Shown: positions 1 through 13,319 of the stretch, one piece after another
Position numbering within the stretch: the stretch's first letter is position 1
Layout: every line of letters starts with the position of its first letter
Origin: Camelus ferus
Lineage: Eukaryota
Length of the DNA: 64,000 nucleotides
NCBI RefSeq assembly: GCF_009834535.1
Contig: NC_045697.1
Span: 114,640,001 to 114,704,000, forward strand
Reading direction: 5' to 3'
Program-made: the position numbers and the translations under genes
Notes under the pieces: model-generated
What the model was told of the DNA's origin: nothing
The model's database searches: none
What the model saw: only the letters and a program-made list of their open reading frames with translations

Positions 1-1189
1 ATGATGGGAACCTGATTGACAAAGCTGAGGTTTGGTAATGCATTTTCTCCAATCTCTGTTTCTCCAACATCCTGAAAGATTTCTTCTGAACTAAGTGTTC
101 AGTCCTTTAACCCACAGAGAGGTCTCAGCTAAGCTGGATCAGCCTGAATTACTTGGGTCCTTTCCACCTAGATGACCAGAGATAGTGTCATAGACCTGCA
201 ATGTGCACAGCACGTCTGCTAAACAGACCCCGCACTTGTCACTGTCCCAAATTCAGCTTCTTTTAATACTTAACATTTGCTTATTACCAATTTTTCATCC
301 TATGTGAACCTAACCAAAGTTGAAGACCCTTGCCCTAGGAAAGAATGAATGTATACCTCCAACCTAGATGTTAAGGGAAAGACATTAGGCTAAGGTTCAG
401 GAGACCTAGTTCAGACTTGGCTCAACCAAGACCTTCAGGCATTCCACTTCTGGGATTCAACTCTACTTCTCATAGTGGGGAAGATAAATGAGATACCTTT
501 GAGTAAAGGATATAAAAATGCTTTCAAAAGTAAAAGTCTACATGTATGAAATTCCAGTAAAAGGCAGCTTACATGTATGAAATGCAAGTGTCAGAGAAAT
601 CCAAGACGGGAAAGACCTGGCAATGGAATACACGTTGGGTGGAAGCCCTGCATGGAGGGTGGTTCTCAATTTCCTGCCAAGGAACTAGAAAAATACTCTA
701 CATGATTAAGCAATGTGTCTAAGTGTAACAAACAACACAGCAACCTTCCTTTATCTGCTGTTGTTTTCTACAAGTGTTTATGCCTTGGCATCTGCCTTCA
801 CACTTCTTCCAAGAGTGCTTGGTAAGGAAGAGTGAGGGGTAAGGAGGCAAAGACAGTGTTTTCACACTACCCTTTCTTCAAGAGGCTTTCTTGCCCAGAG
901 CTGTGAAGCAGTAATGCATAAGCTAGGTCTACTCAATGAATAAACTGGTTTATATATAAGCGAGAAATTGTCTGATAAGTTTGCACTTTTCATATTTCTG
1001 GGCAAACTATTTCTACCTTCTGGAAATTTCCTACATGCATGTTTTAGAATACATTATTTTTTTTGAGTGCATAGGTTTCCAGGGTATGTCAGTTTAGGGT
1101 GCAGTCCAGTCTGTGTTGGGAATAATAGCAACAAAACTAGCTGGTGGTCATTTCACAATTGCCATGTGACAATGCCATTCTAATAATTT

Positions 1190-1345
1190 TATATTTATTG
1201 ACTCGCTTAATTTCCCATAATCCTTGAGTTGCATACTTTGAAAACTCCCATTTTAGAGATGAAGAAACTGGGGTACATGGTGCTTAAGTACTTTATTTTA
1301 AAAAATCCCAAGTCTAGTAAATGACAAAGCAATTCTGTGCAGTGT
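1190..1345 (-). mobile_element. MIR SINE fragment
   Basis: cccattttagagatgaagaaactggggtacatggtgcttaagtac is the reverse complement of the MIR core (CTCAGTTTCCTCATCTGTAAAATGGG). Confidence 0.7.
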
Positions 1346-1436
1346 GGTTAAGTCAGGTGGTTCTGCTGGACTGGTTAAAGATTATTAGGCATGTAGAATT
1401 ACCATTCCTCTCCCAGTGCATGCACACGCGTGCACG

Positions 1437-1462
1437 CACACACACACACACACACACACACA
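1437..1462. repeat. (CA)n microsatellite
   Basis: Pure CA run preceded by degenerate cacgcgtgcacg. Confidence 0.95.
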
Positions 1463-1944
1463 ATTTGTATGAATTAATATGCTGGGTAATGCCTAATTTT
1501 CTTTTGAATCTTGGATGCCAGTTCAGAGTTTTTCAAAAATGGGATGGTATACAAGGGAGGTTTGTTGGTAAGGGAAATGTGGATATAGGAATGCTTTAGA
1601 TCTTGATTGATGGAGAGTTAAACATTTGTGGCAGGTTCTCAGCACACCTGGTGTGGGTTCAGAACCCAGGAGACCAAGAAGCACAGAGATCTGGGCATAA
1701 AGGCATGCTGCCTCCCAATTCTCCATTCTAGAAGGCTTAGGCATTGTCAGCTCTCAGACGGTCACAAGCAAATGGCAGCTTTACTTGGTTAGGCATTATT
1801 CTCATCTGGGATGTGAGAGGCAATTGAATTTCTCATTTCTACCAATAATAATTCAAAAATATTAAAATGTACAGTTCCATTTTCCCCATTCACGGGAGCT
1901 AAATGAAGAGATCTAACATTGCAAAGAAATGAGCCAAGGGAGCT

Positions 1945-2520
1945 AATCAGTCAGGGACTTGGCAGGAAAAACAGAAACCAAACTGGGTATTTGAAATGAG
2001 GGAATTTAGCAGGGAATTGGTTATACAGTTGCTGAATAAACTGAATGTGTAAAAACCAAAAACAGAAACAAAAATGCTGAGGTAAGCCACAAATAATAAC
2101 TGCAAGGAGAATCTATCACACTTACATCTGGGAAATGACGGGAAAGAGTTGGGATTGTCATAACGACTGTCAGAAGACTGGTCCTGTAGAACAGAAACTC
2201 AGACCTCTCAGGAAGGGGTGTGCACTGCCGCTGCTGGTACCCGAGGCGTTTCAGTGACGCTGGTTCTGGGAGAACAAAGCGGATCTGGAGGCTGGAACTG
2301 ACCGCTGGTACTGGAGGACAGTGCCGCCGTTGAGGTGATGGTGACAAGGACAGCAGACGCTCAGGAAGAAGAGAGACACTTCTTCCCTTTGTTGTCTTTC
2401 AGTTTCCTTCTCGTGCTGCCCCCTATTGTCAGCATGTAAGAAGGCAGCTATATTAAGAAACATAGTTTGCAGATTTGAAAACTCAGCATTGTAGCAATTA
2501 GCAAGGTAGATATGATAGGA
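1945..2520. mobile_element. Old ERVL/MaLR-class LTR relic, family unassigned
   Basis: tcagtcagggacttggcaggaaaaacagaaaccaaactgggtatttgaaatgagggaatttagcagggaattggttatacag resembles ends of ancient ERVL-class LTRs; a similar stretch occurs near 48490. Confidence 0.5.
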
Positions 2521-3353
2521 TGACATAATAGCTTAACAGTCAGAAAAATGGGCTACAGCCTCTTTATGATTCCGTTTCCTCATTTATAAACTTCTGAACG
2601 TGTTGATGTAAATATTAAATAAGCATATATATATATATATGCATGCAGTGGCGTACAGTAAATGCTCAGTAAACGTTAACTACTAAAATAATGGTTATTA
2701 TAGAGTTCTCTAAAATATGTGAAAGTGTGTGGGGGTAAACAAGAGAGAGGAAAACTTTTCAAAGAGAAAAACTTGTACTGCAGAGAATGAATAGGTCAAC
2801 ATTAAAATTCTAAGCAAACTCAGAAAGGGACTTTGAACTGACAATACCTATGGTGTGGCAATCAGTCCTCTCCCTTCTTTCTAAGGAGTAAGCCAGGCAT
2901 GCAGGCAAGTCAAACGCGTGAAATCTGTTGAGCAGCCATTTCTATGATATTACTCATTTCTGGGGATTCTGCTAAACTCAAGGAAGAATGCTTACATAAG
3001 AACATTCCTACCGAAGTGACAACTCACTGAGCTGTGTCTCTGAAGATTCTGTTTACTGAAGTCTGACTGTGGGAACCGATATTTTGCTAAGACAAAATAA
3101 CTTGGATAAAAATCTTATCCTTAATCTCAACTTTGTTTTCATAACCCTCCAAGGTTCATATTAGAAAAATAATATTTCTTAACATTTGTCATTGACGGTG
3201 TATTCTAGAGTCATGGAGAAAAACAAAACAAAAGAGGACAGGCTGCTGCACTGTCACATGTATTTGGAAGGATGATGTAGTAGGCTGTAAGCCACAACTT
3301 ATGAGCACATTAGTCAAGGGGTTTTATTAAACAAATCAGGCCATATTTATTTT

Positions 3354-3468
3354 ATTTTTTAATTGTTTTCTCTGTTTTTAAATTGATTTTTATATATAGT
3401 AGCTAGCATTTGCAAATCTCAAACTCCCAAATTTACCCCTTCCCATCCCCTTTCCTTGGTAACCATAA
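3354..3468 (-). mobile_element. ~115-bp L1 3'UTR fragment with 12-bp TSD
   Basis: Reverse complement aligns by eye to 50880-50980; TSD catatttatttt at 3342-3353 and 3469-3480, followed by aaag (TTTT/AA L1 endonuclease site). Confidence 0.85.
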
Positions 3469-4359
3469 CATATTTATTTTAAAGCATCCATGTGGTACCC
3501 CTAGAACAAGCAGGGAGAGAAGTGATATTTATTAAGCCTTACACTTTATAGAAATTACTGCATTCAATTAGTACAGCAATCTTACAAAATAGTGTTATTC
3601 TATTTCACAGATGAGAAAAGGACTTGAGACTCTTTCCCAAAGTAATTGTTTTGAGTGATAAAAACATTCATAACCAAAATCGGTGATCTTTCTAGTTAAG
3701 CATGTTCTTTCTCAGATCATATTTTGATATATTTTGTACATACTTAATCAATATTCCTTGAAAGTTTATTAACTTTCTATGGATTAACATGGAGGAGACT
3801 AAACATTTTTAAGTTTCCTTTCTTCTCTGGAAGGCACATCTCTATTTTGGGAAGATGTATAACACAGTTAGAGATCAGAAAACTTTCAATAAGTGTCAAA
3901 TATTAAGAAATATATATATATATTGTACAATGTAAGGCAATCATTGATATTAGTTTGTACCAGCTTCTCTTAGTAAGTAGTCTATGTGTGAAGAAGAATG
4001 GATAACATTTGGCACACACTAAGGAGAGGGGCTCTTACTGAGTTCTTGCTAATCTGTTTGGAAGAAAGTGCACTGAGGCATGATCTGGGACCTTTGCCTT
4101 TAGTCTGACACAATTTCATAGCACTTGTCATACATAGTCCTGAGGCATGAGGGCGCTAGTAAATGACACCCACGTTCCTTGCTTAAGTTCTTGACCAACT
4201 GAGAGACAGAGGCAGGCTAGACATCTACACGGAAATTATAATGTCAGTTTAATTACCAATAGAGACATAAAAATATTGACCTCAGAATACTGAGCCCCGG
4301 AATAGATACTTAGTTACATAATTGTTGACCATCAAGAGGGTTAGAGATTGTGATTATAA

Positions 4360-6665
4360 AATTTAAGGCAGGGAAGTGATGTCAGCAAAAATAACGAAGG
4401 ATGAACATACAAAACTTTTCTTCTCCATAAAAAAATAAGAATACTGCCCCCACCAAAAAGATGCACATCTAGAAACATCCTAATCAAGCTGTAGAAAATC
4501 AAAGACAGAGGAAAATAGCAAAAGAAAAGTGATTCATCAGATACAAGAAGAAATAGAAAACTTAAATCGATGTAACATACAAACATTAATTTAGTAATCA
4601 AAAATATTTCCACAAAGAGAAGTCCAGGACAGATGCTTTCATTGGTAAATCCTACCAAATGTTTGAAAGAAAAGAATTAAAGCATCAATTTTTCACTGAC
4701 TTTTCAGAAAGAGGTGAGAAAATTTCTTAATCATTCCATAAGGCCACTGTTACCCTGAAACCAAAATCAGACAAAAATATTACAAGGAACGAAACTACAA
4801 ACCAAGATTCTGTCTGAATAGAGATACAAAACTCCTCATCAAAATACTGACAAACAGAATTTAGCAACATATAAAAGAATCATACTTGGGGAAACAAGTC
4901 GGATTAACCCAGGTAATGCAAGATGGGTTCACCCTATCTCAGGCTGCTATAACAAAACACCATGATCTAAGTGGCATAAACAGAAATTTATGTCTCACAG
5001 TTCTGGAGGCTGGTAGTCCAAGATCAGGATGCCAGTATAACAGGGTTCTGGTGAGTGTCCTTTTTTTTTAAATTGAAGGTAGCTGTCTTCATCCTGGGTC
5101 CTCACATGGTAGAGGAAAAAGCTAGCTAGTTCTCTGGTCTTTTTCTAGGAAGACACTAATCCCATTCCTGAAGGCTCCATTCTCATGGTTTAATTACCTC
5201 CCAAAGGTCCTACCTCTACATATCATCACACTGGGATTAGAATTTTAACATATGAATTTTGATGGGACAAAAACATTCAGTCCATTGAATTATGAAAATC
5301 AGTCAATGTAATTCACAATATTAGTAAAATATAGAACCAAAAAAAAAAAAAGCATTATCATCGCAATAGATGCAGGAAACATGTAACCAGATATAATACC
5401 ATTACATGATAAAACACTTGACAAACTAGGAATGAAAGAGAACTTCCTCAACCTGATAAAGGCAATATGTGAAAAACCCACTGCCAGTATTATATTTTAT
5501 GCTAAAAGACTGAGAGATTTCTCCATAAGAGCAGGAACAAAACAAAGATATCCATGCTTGCCATCACTTTTATTCAACTTTGTACTGGAGAATTTAGCCA
5601 TGGCAATTAGACAAGAAAAAATAAAACCCTTTAATATTGGAAAGTAATTAATAGAATGATCTTTTTTGAAGATATGATTTTTTACAGAGAAAATCCTCAG
5701 GCATGCACACATATATAATGATTAGAGTGATAAACAGCTTTTAAGTAATGTGTTAGCAAAGTTGCAAGATACACAATCAACACACAAACATCAGTTTTAT
5801 TTCTGAACATTAGCAATGAACAATCTGAAAATGAAATTAAGATAACAATTCAATTTGCAGTAGCATAAACATTAAATTCTTATGAATAAATTTAGCTAAA
5901 GATTTACAAGATTTGTATGCTGAAAACACAGTAAATTACTGAAGTAAACTGAAGACCTAAATAAATGGACAAACATTTCACTTTCATAGAATCAAAACCA
6001 TAATACTGTAAAGATGTCAATAACCCCTACAATGGTCAACAGATTTATCTCAATCTCTATAAAATTCCAGCTTTTTTTTTTTTTTACAAAATTTGAGAAA
6101 CTAGTTTCAAATATGTATGGAAATGGATCCAGAAGACTCAAAACAATTTTGAAGTTTGGAGACTCACACTTTCTGATTTCAACACAACCTCTAAAGCCAA
6201 CACAATCAAGAACCTGTGGTACTAACCTAAGGATAAACATATAGGTCAATGGAATACACTTCAGAATCCAGAAATTAACCCTCACATTTATAGCCAATTT
6301 TTTTTACAAAGGCGCTAGGACAATTCAAAGTGGAAGGGAAAATCTTTCAACAGGTGGTGCTAGGAAAACTGGATATCCACATGCAAAGGAATGATCATAT
6401 GCTCATAAACTCACAACGTATACAAAATTAACTCAAAATAGATCACAGATCTAAATATAAGCGCTAAAGCCATTAAACACTTAGAATAAATTACAGGAGT
6501 AAAACGTTGTGAATTTGGGCTCAGCAAAGCTTTTTAGATATGACAGCAAAAGCAAAATAAAGGACAAAAGAAAAAAATAGATAAACTTCAACAGAAATAA
6601 AAAAAACTTTTGTACTTCAAAGGATCAAGAAAGTAAAGACTATCCACAGATTGGGAGAAATATGC
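4360..6665 (+). mobile_element. Old degenerate LINE-1 (ORF1 remnant plus ORF2), interrupted by an MLT1 LTR
   Basis: ORF 5432..5647 (NLIKAICEKPTASII...LLFNFVLENLAMAIRQEK) is L1 RT-like; many stops and frameshifts. Confidence 0.9.
4925..5288 (-). mobile_element. MLT1A-like MaLR solo LTR nested in L1
   Basis: ggctgctataacaaaacacc...tctcacagttctggaggctgg...aacattcagtccatt are reverse-complement MLT1A hallmarks; L1 resumes on both sides. Confidence 0.85.
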
Positions 6666-6679
6666 TGTATGAAATCTGT

Positions 6680-7547
6680 TGTATAGAAATGCAACAGATT
6701 TCTGTATGTTAATTTTGTATCCTGCAACTTTACCACATCCATTAATGAGGTCTAGTAGTTTCTGGTGGCATCTTTAGGATTTTCTATTTATAGTATCATG
6801 TCATCTGCAAACAGTGACAGTTTTACTTCTTCCTTTCCAGTTTGGATTCCTTTTATTTGTTTTTCTTCTCTGATTGCTGTGGTTAGTACTTCCAAAACTA
6901 TGTTGAATGAAAGTGGTGAGAGTGGACATCCTTTTCTTGTTCCTGATCTTAGAGCGAATGCTGTCAGCTTTCCACCATTGAGAATGATCTTAGCTGTGGG
7001 TTTGTCATATATGGCCTTCATTATGTTGAGGTATGTTTTCTCTGTGTCCACTCTCTGGAGAGATTTTTTTTTTTTATCATAAATGGATGTTGAATTTTGT
7101 CAAAAGCTTTTTCTCCGTCTATTGAGATGGTCATATGTTTCTTAATCTTCAATATGTTAATGTGGTGTATCACATTGATTGATTTACAGATATTGAAAAG
7201 TCTTTGCATCCCAGGGATAAATCCCATGATCCTTTTAATGTATTGTTGGATTTGGTTTCCTATTATTTTGTTGAGGATTTTTGCATCTATTTTTACCAGT
7301 GACATTGGCCTGTAATTTTCTTTTTTTCTGATATCTTTATCTGGTTTTGGTGTCAGGGTGATGCTCACCTCATAGAATAAGTTTGGAAATGTTCCTTCCT
7401 CTTGTTCCTTCCTTCTTCTCCTTGAGAAGGATAGGTGTTAACTCTTCTCTAAATGTTTGGTAGAATTTACCTGTGAAGCCATCTTGTCTTGGACTTTTGT
7501 TTTTTGGGAGTTTCTTAACCACTGATTCAATTTAATTACCGGTAATT
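6680..7547 (-). mobile_element. Inverted 5' segment of a younger L1 (ORF2 RT region)
   Basis: Minus ORFs 6788..7051 ([20 protein letters not shown]...[10 protein letters not shown]) and 7021..7368 ([20 protein letters not shown]) are L1 RT motifs. Confidence 0.95.
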
Positions 7548-8552
7548 AAAACAAACAAATAAACAAACAAACAACTCGATTAAAAAATGGGCAGAAGAAC
7601 TGAATAGACATTTTTCCAAAAAGTAAATGCAAGTGGCCACCAAGCACATGAAAAGATGCTCAGTATCACTAATCTTCAGGGAAATGCAAATCAAAACCAC
7701 AATGACATATTACCTCACAATTGTCAGAATGGCTATCATCAAAAAGAATACAAATACAACACAAGTAACAAATGTTGGTGAGGATGTGGAGAAAAGGGAA
7801 CCCTCATACACTGTTGGTGGGAATGCAAATTGGTGCAGCCACTGTGGAAAATAGGATGGAAGTTTCTCAAAAAAAAAAAAAAAAAAAAAAACAGAAAACT
7901 AAACTAAAAATAGAACTACTATATGACCCAGCAATTCCACTGCTAAGCATACATATGAAAAAAAAAAACAAAAAAACTAATTCAAAAAGATATATGCACC
8001 CTAAAGTTCATAGCAACATTATTTAAAATTGCCAAGATATGGAAGCATCCTAAGTACCTATCAACAGATGAATAAATAAAGAATATGTGTTTTATAAATA
8101 TACACAATGGAATACTTCCCAGCCATAAAAAACAAAATGAAATTTTGTTGTCTGCAGCAACATGGATGGACTTGGAGGGCATTAGTCTAAGTGAAGTATG
8201 TCAGACAGAGAAAGACAAATATTGTATGAGATCACTTACATGTGGAGTCCAAATTATACAAGAAACTAGTGAATATAACAAAAAAGAAGCAGACTCACAG
8301 ATACAGAAAATAAGCTAGTGGTTCTCAGTGGGGAGAGGGAAGTGGGCAGGTACAATATAATGGGAGTGAGTGAGGAGTTACCAACTAAATGTATAACAGA
8401 AGCTACAAAGATTTATTGTACAACATAGGGAATTAGCCAATATTTTATAATAACTAGAAATGGAGTAAAACCTTTGAAATTGTATATCGCTATGTTGTAC
8501 ACCTGTAACATTTAATATTGTGCAACAATTATACTTAAACAAAAAATAAATA
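7548..8552 (+). mobile_element. Sense 3' segment of the same 5'-inverted L1 (ORF2 C-terminus, 3'UTR, A-rich tail)
   Basis: [19 protein letters not shown] and ATWMDLEGISLSEVCQTEKDKY motifs; ends in aaacaaaaaataaa. Confidence 0.9.
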
Positions 8553-9984
8553 CATACGATTTTGTGAGGATAGTTCTTGGTGACTTGTTCTTAAAGTGGA
8601 ATATATTTCCCAGATAAAAACCAAAAGACAACAAAACACTCTAGATTAAATTTCATCCTTGCTAGTTAAAGAGGTAAAACACACAAGTACATCACACTCA
8701 CATTCACGTACACAGTCTCACATACACTCATACTCAAAAACACATGCTTAATAGTCAGATCCTTACACATAAACACAAGTGCCTGTGCCTCTCGCTGAGT
8801 TTCTTGGATAGAACTAATCTGAAAAGCAAAACTGAAATATGACTTATGGAATTACTTACTATTAGAAATGTTTTTTTTCCAGAATATTGATATTCTTTTT
8901 TGTATGAAAAAGCTACAGCATGAATAAAATTTTGCAGATAGAATGAAGTTCAAAGATTTGTTACAGATTTATTTTCAATATATGTATTATGGTTTAAATG
9001 TTTGTGCAGCCTATTTAAACAGCAGGGAGTCATACAAAGAACAGTTCCTTTAAAAATAAAATAGAAGGAAAAGTACCTCAAGCAAGGGGCATAATGTGCT
9101 TAATGATATAATCTTTTATAGAAGCAAACTGTACTGGTCAAATGTTACCACTAAAACATTTAAAGTCAATAAATACTGTGTTAATTTTTTCAGGCACTTC
9201 ACTCAATCCTTTTCATAGAAATGTATTTGTTTATAAGAAGATCTTTATTTATAGCATACCTTTAAATATATATAAACAATGTATAAAATACAATTAGAAA
9301 AACCCAAAACCTGTTTGAAGAATAAACAAAAACTTGATGAAATTGTCAGCTTCACAGTAGATCTACACCAGAAAATATTGATTAGGATGAAAAACCATTA
9401 ATCCTGATTTAAAACAAGAAAAGGCGTGGCAAATATGACCTTCCTGGAGCCACTATCACTAAATACAAAAACTCCATGCTCTTACAATTTTAAAGGTATG
9501 AGGGAAAAAATACTGGGTATAAAGAAATATAACATTGAAGTGCCCAAAACTCAAACAAAAATGAAAATGAGGCAAAGAGCAAAGTGGGAGGAAATTTGAG
9601 ACTTTTAAAAAGCATTTTTAAGTCTAGTTTGATTTAAATGAATAAAACTCACTCTCCATTGAATATTTCCTAAGGGCCAGACAGTTTGTACAGGGCAAAA
9701 GAAAGGAGTTCTATCTTGCCATCAATGTAATTATGTCTTCTAGTAGCTTGCTGCTGGGTTTCCAGGCAAGTATACTAGTGACAATGACCAAAAAAAAAAA
9801 AAAAAAAAAAAAAAAATAGAGATGAGAGAATTAAGAGAGACAAAATCCTGGAGGGCATAAAGTTCACACCTGGAAGGTTCTAGAAGGCCTCCTGAAGGTA
9901 GATATTAAGGCAGAATCTGTGAAGGGTCTAGGAGTTTTACTGACTTTTCAGTTAACTTGTGGGCCTGCCAGTGTTGCATACACA

Positions 9985-10420
9985 TCCTGAGGGAAACTGA
10001 GAACCCTGTGTCAGAGACCAATTACCACTCCCAGTAAAAGTAGCGGCCGGAGCCATATCTTGTACTGGTTTTCTAACCCTGATCTCCATACAAGGGCCCA
10101 GTGAAGGACAGACGATACCTGCTCATACATAGGAGGCGTGGCAAAGAAAACTCAGAAATCAGGAAACACAGATCTTACCCAGGGCTGCCCGTGACCTACC
10201 CAGTGTCCCTGCAAGTGAGGAAGAGATGCCTCCTCTTTACTCTGGAAAATAAATCTATCTTCTCTGGGAAGGAAAAGGAGACTCTACTTTCCTGGAACTG
10301 TTCCTGGGAAAAAAATAAAAAATAAAGAATAAATACGATAAAATTTTCTCTCTTTATTAAACTGGCCAGGAAACAAATGTCCTTTGACCTGGAAGGAGAC
10401 ATTATCTCCAGCTTCCAAGG
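9985..10420. mobile_element. Possible ERV1-class LTR relic (MER34/MER39-like)
   Basis: gaaggagacattatctccagcttccaagg and local GC rise resemble this family; boundaries uncertain. Confidence 0.35.
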
Positions 10421-10779
10421 AAGATTTTCAGTACATTTTTCTCAGAGAATGGGATCATGTAGAAACATGAAATAATCATGGAGTGTTGTCTCCAAATACA
10501 GTAGTTTAGTCACTTTGAAGAAATTGCAAAACATCTTTTTTTGGTATATATATATATATATTTTTTAATTAAAACATAATTTGTCAATTTCTGGTGTACA
10601 ACACAATGCTTTATATTTAATATCTTGTAGTAACTTATGATGAAAAAGCATATGGAAAGCATCTTAAATGAAAGAGACCCTTTTGAATCAAAATGTCCTA
10701 TGTTACAAGACAGAAATTTGTCTATTTAATTCATATTATATTGGTTGGCTCAATTGGGGCTGCTAGTAGAAGGGAAAGA

Positions 10780-11060
10780 AAGGTAGATGGGACACAGAGA
10801 TGTAGGAAAAGTAGGAGATTTATGTCTCAGCTGACAATTCCGTCTTGGCCCAGTGGCTCAGCAGTGTCCTGTGGATTTAGATTTGAGAGCATTGAATATG
10901 GGCTACTGATGAGACATTGAGGTACACGTGTTGGAATGTCTACTAGGTATTGCAAATTCCTTCTGCAGTTTGACAACATGGTAGGACTGAAGACATGCAA
11001 TTAGAATCCTTCATTTAGGACTTACAATTTGGGATCTGGTAACTGACCACGAGGCTCTTG
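10780..11060 (-). mobile_element. L2 LINE relic
   Basis: Purine-rich gatttagatttgagagcattgaatatg...gagacattgaggtacacgtg pattern typical of antisense L2. Confidence 0.45.
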
Positions 11061-11784
11061 AAGAGTGTATATATTCACAGGTACATGTATTCATCAAGGC
11101 CTGTTCGATGACATGACATTAAATTGGAGATCTGATTGACAGGAACAAGGCTGCTGCTTCTGAGTGATGGAGGACGTGTTCTCGATGAAATGCACGGGCA
11201 CCGTGTGACAGCCCTGTTCTTCTGCCACACAGCAAGCTTCCTGAGCGCAAGGGATACTGCGCTGGGTGGAACAGCAAAGGCAGCAAGGATAAAGGATCAC
11301 CGGGCTGCTTTGTGGAAAGGGAGACATATTCTAATCTGGAATATTTGTCTGTAGCACTAAGGGGTTAAGGAGTAAGAGGAGTTGACCATAATCAACTTGA
11401 ATCCAAGCAGCCCTCTGGCACCATATCTGGAGCTCAGTGTTGGACTTTGCTCTTGGAAGCTTATGCAATCATCCAGCGGTGTTGACAGACAACACAGCTT
11501 CAGGGAAGGAAGAATCTGTTATTAATCCCAGATAAAGCCTCCATCCCTCCCATCAAAGCCACATCATAGATTGACAGTCTCCTCCACAGGGGGTGTCCTC
11601 TGGTGGGTGTTTATATGTGACACAAATACCTACACACTGTGCCTATTCCAAGAGACCCATCAGCAGACATGTTCTCAGACAGATTTGCCACCAATATTTC
11701 AGGTTTGTTGTTGCCAAATTCTGTTCAAAAGATTATTCAATTTACACTTACTAATAGGCCATGTCTAATCGGGGATAGAGATCA

Positions 11785-12075
11785 GAATTAATATTTAGTG
11801 AGATCCTTCTTTAACTCAGTCACCGTGTTAGAAGTTTTCTCACACTGCTATAGTTTATCTTCATAAATAACCAACGGGTACTTGGATTTCCATTTTATGG
11901 AAGAGAAAATTTAGGTTCAAGATAATCATGTATCTTACTAACGCTACAGAACCATTATGAAAATGTATACTTTAAATAGCCACATGTTTGCATATTAAGT
12001 CTACCTCAATAAAGTTGAAAAAAATGGTAGAACTAGAATTTAAATCAATTTCTGACTCCAAGTCCCATACTTCTA
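11785..12075 (-). mobile_element. MIR interrupted by a short plus-strand L1 3' tip (~11958-12023)
   Basis: ccattttatggaagagaaaatttaggttcaag MIR core; insert ends tacctcaataaagttgaaaaaaa; MIR resumes tggtagaactagaatttaaatc. Confidence 0.55.
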
Positions 12076-12255
12076 AAATCAATTGTCTTTGAATCAATTG
12101 AAATATGATTCATTGAACATTTTATTGTGTACTTATGGACACGTGCTTGTGTTCTTGTCTACACAGGGCTTGCCTTATATGCATTAGTGACAAGTAATTT
12201 TGCTATAAGTTCTGTCCTCTTATCATTTTTTGGTTTAAATTTTCTCTTAGGAAAT

Positions 12256-12280
12256 TAAATAAATAAATAAATAAATAAAT
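12256..12280. repeat. (AAAT)n microsatellite
   Basis: Direct observation. Confidence 0.9.
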
Positions 12281-13319
12281 TCTAATTCCTCAAGTACTTC
12301 TGGATACTCATTGGTTAGAAAATAGAAGCATTGATCTGATCAGTAAGACACAAACTATTCAATATCCTGTCCCTTAGACTCTAAAAACTTTACCCTTAAG
12401 TTACGTTTTTCAGAATCGACTCATTTGTTTAGTTTAAGAGCACTTTAAACACTACTTGCTTTTCACTGCCTTCATCTCATCACTTAGTTAAGATTTACAC
12501 TCTCATGGCTTTGCTATCATTTATTTGTTTACCCCAAAACTAAATGTCAGCTTTCTTCACAAACTACAACAGCAAACAATGCATAGTGGCCTCCTCCTCA
12601 GGTAGTTTAGAGTCTAAAATAGAAGGGAGGTGAATGAACAAACAGTTACAATAAAGCATTAAAAGTGCAGAGGTGAGGTTAAATACAGGTGGCTAGGACA
12701 AAGAATTTAAATGAGAAAAAAAAATCTGAAGTGCAGCCAAACTGTACACGACTGACCTTTGTCATTATTTTCCAATTCACTATTGAATAGCCATTGTTTT
12801 ACTCATTGAACTGAATGTATATACTAATATATGTGTATGTAATGGATAGGATATATTATGCTGGTTAAGGAGCAGACAGCTATAAACTGCCTGAGTCTGT
12901 GCCCTCAATGAACTTAAACTTTAACAGAGAAAGCGTTAGTGGTAACAAAATACTCTGCAGTTTTTTTTAAGCTTTTAGTGTATCTACAACAGTCAGCCAT
13001 GGAGAAAACCATATGAACTAACATTGTAGAGGCTTTCATTCCTTTTTGCAAAATACTGATTTTAGACCAGTCCAAAAATGAAACAAACATGTGCTCTTCC
13101 AACTTGAAATCATATTGAGATCCCCAGAGATGAAATGGAAGATTCTTTCATATTATCACTTATTTAACTCTCGGAACATTTTACTTTTTGGCTCTATAGT
13201 ACTCCATGTAATTCCTGGGAGAAAATAAAGATATCTGCTGCCTCTAGTCTCCTTCCTGTCTCTATCTTTTTTACCTGAAAAATACTAAAGTACCAAGTTA
13301 AACAAAACACCTTGGTTCA

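Noticed and set aside
2021..2526. 108-aa and 91-aa minus-strand ORFs in a GC-richer patch
   Set aside because: Lie within a probable old LTR relic; no recognisable domain or splice structure
9790..9816. 27-nt poly(A) run as the tail of a processed pseudogene
   Set aside because: No upstream poly(A) signal, recognisable body or TSD
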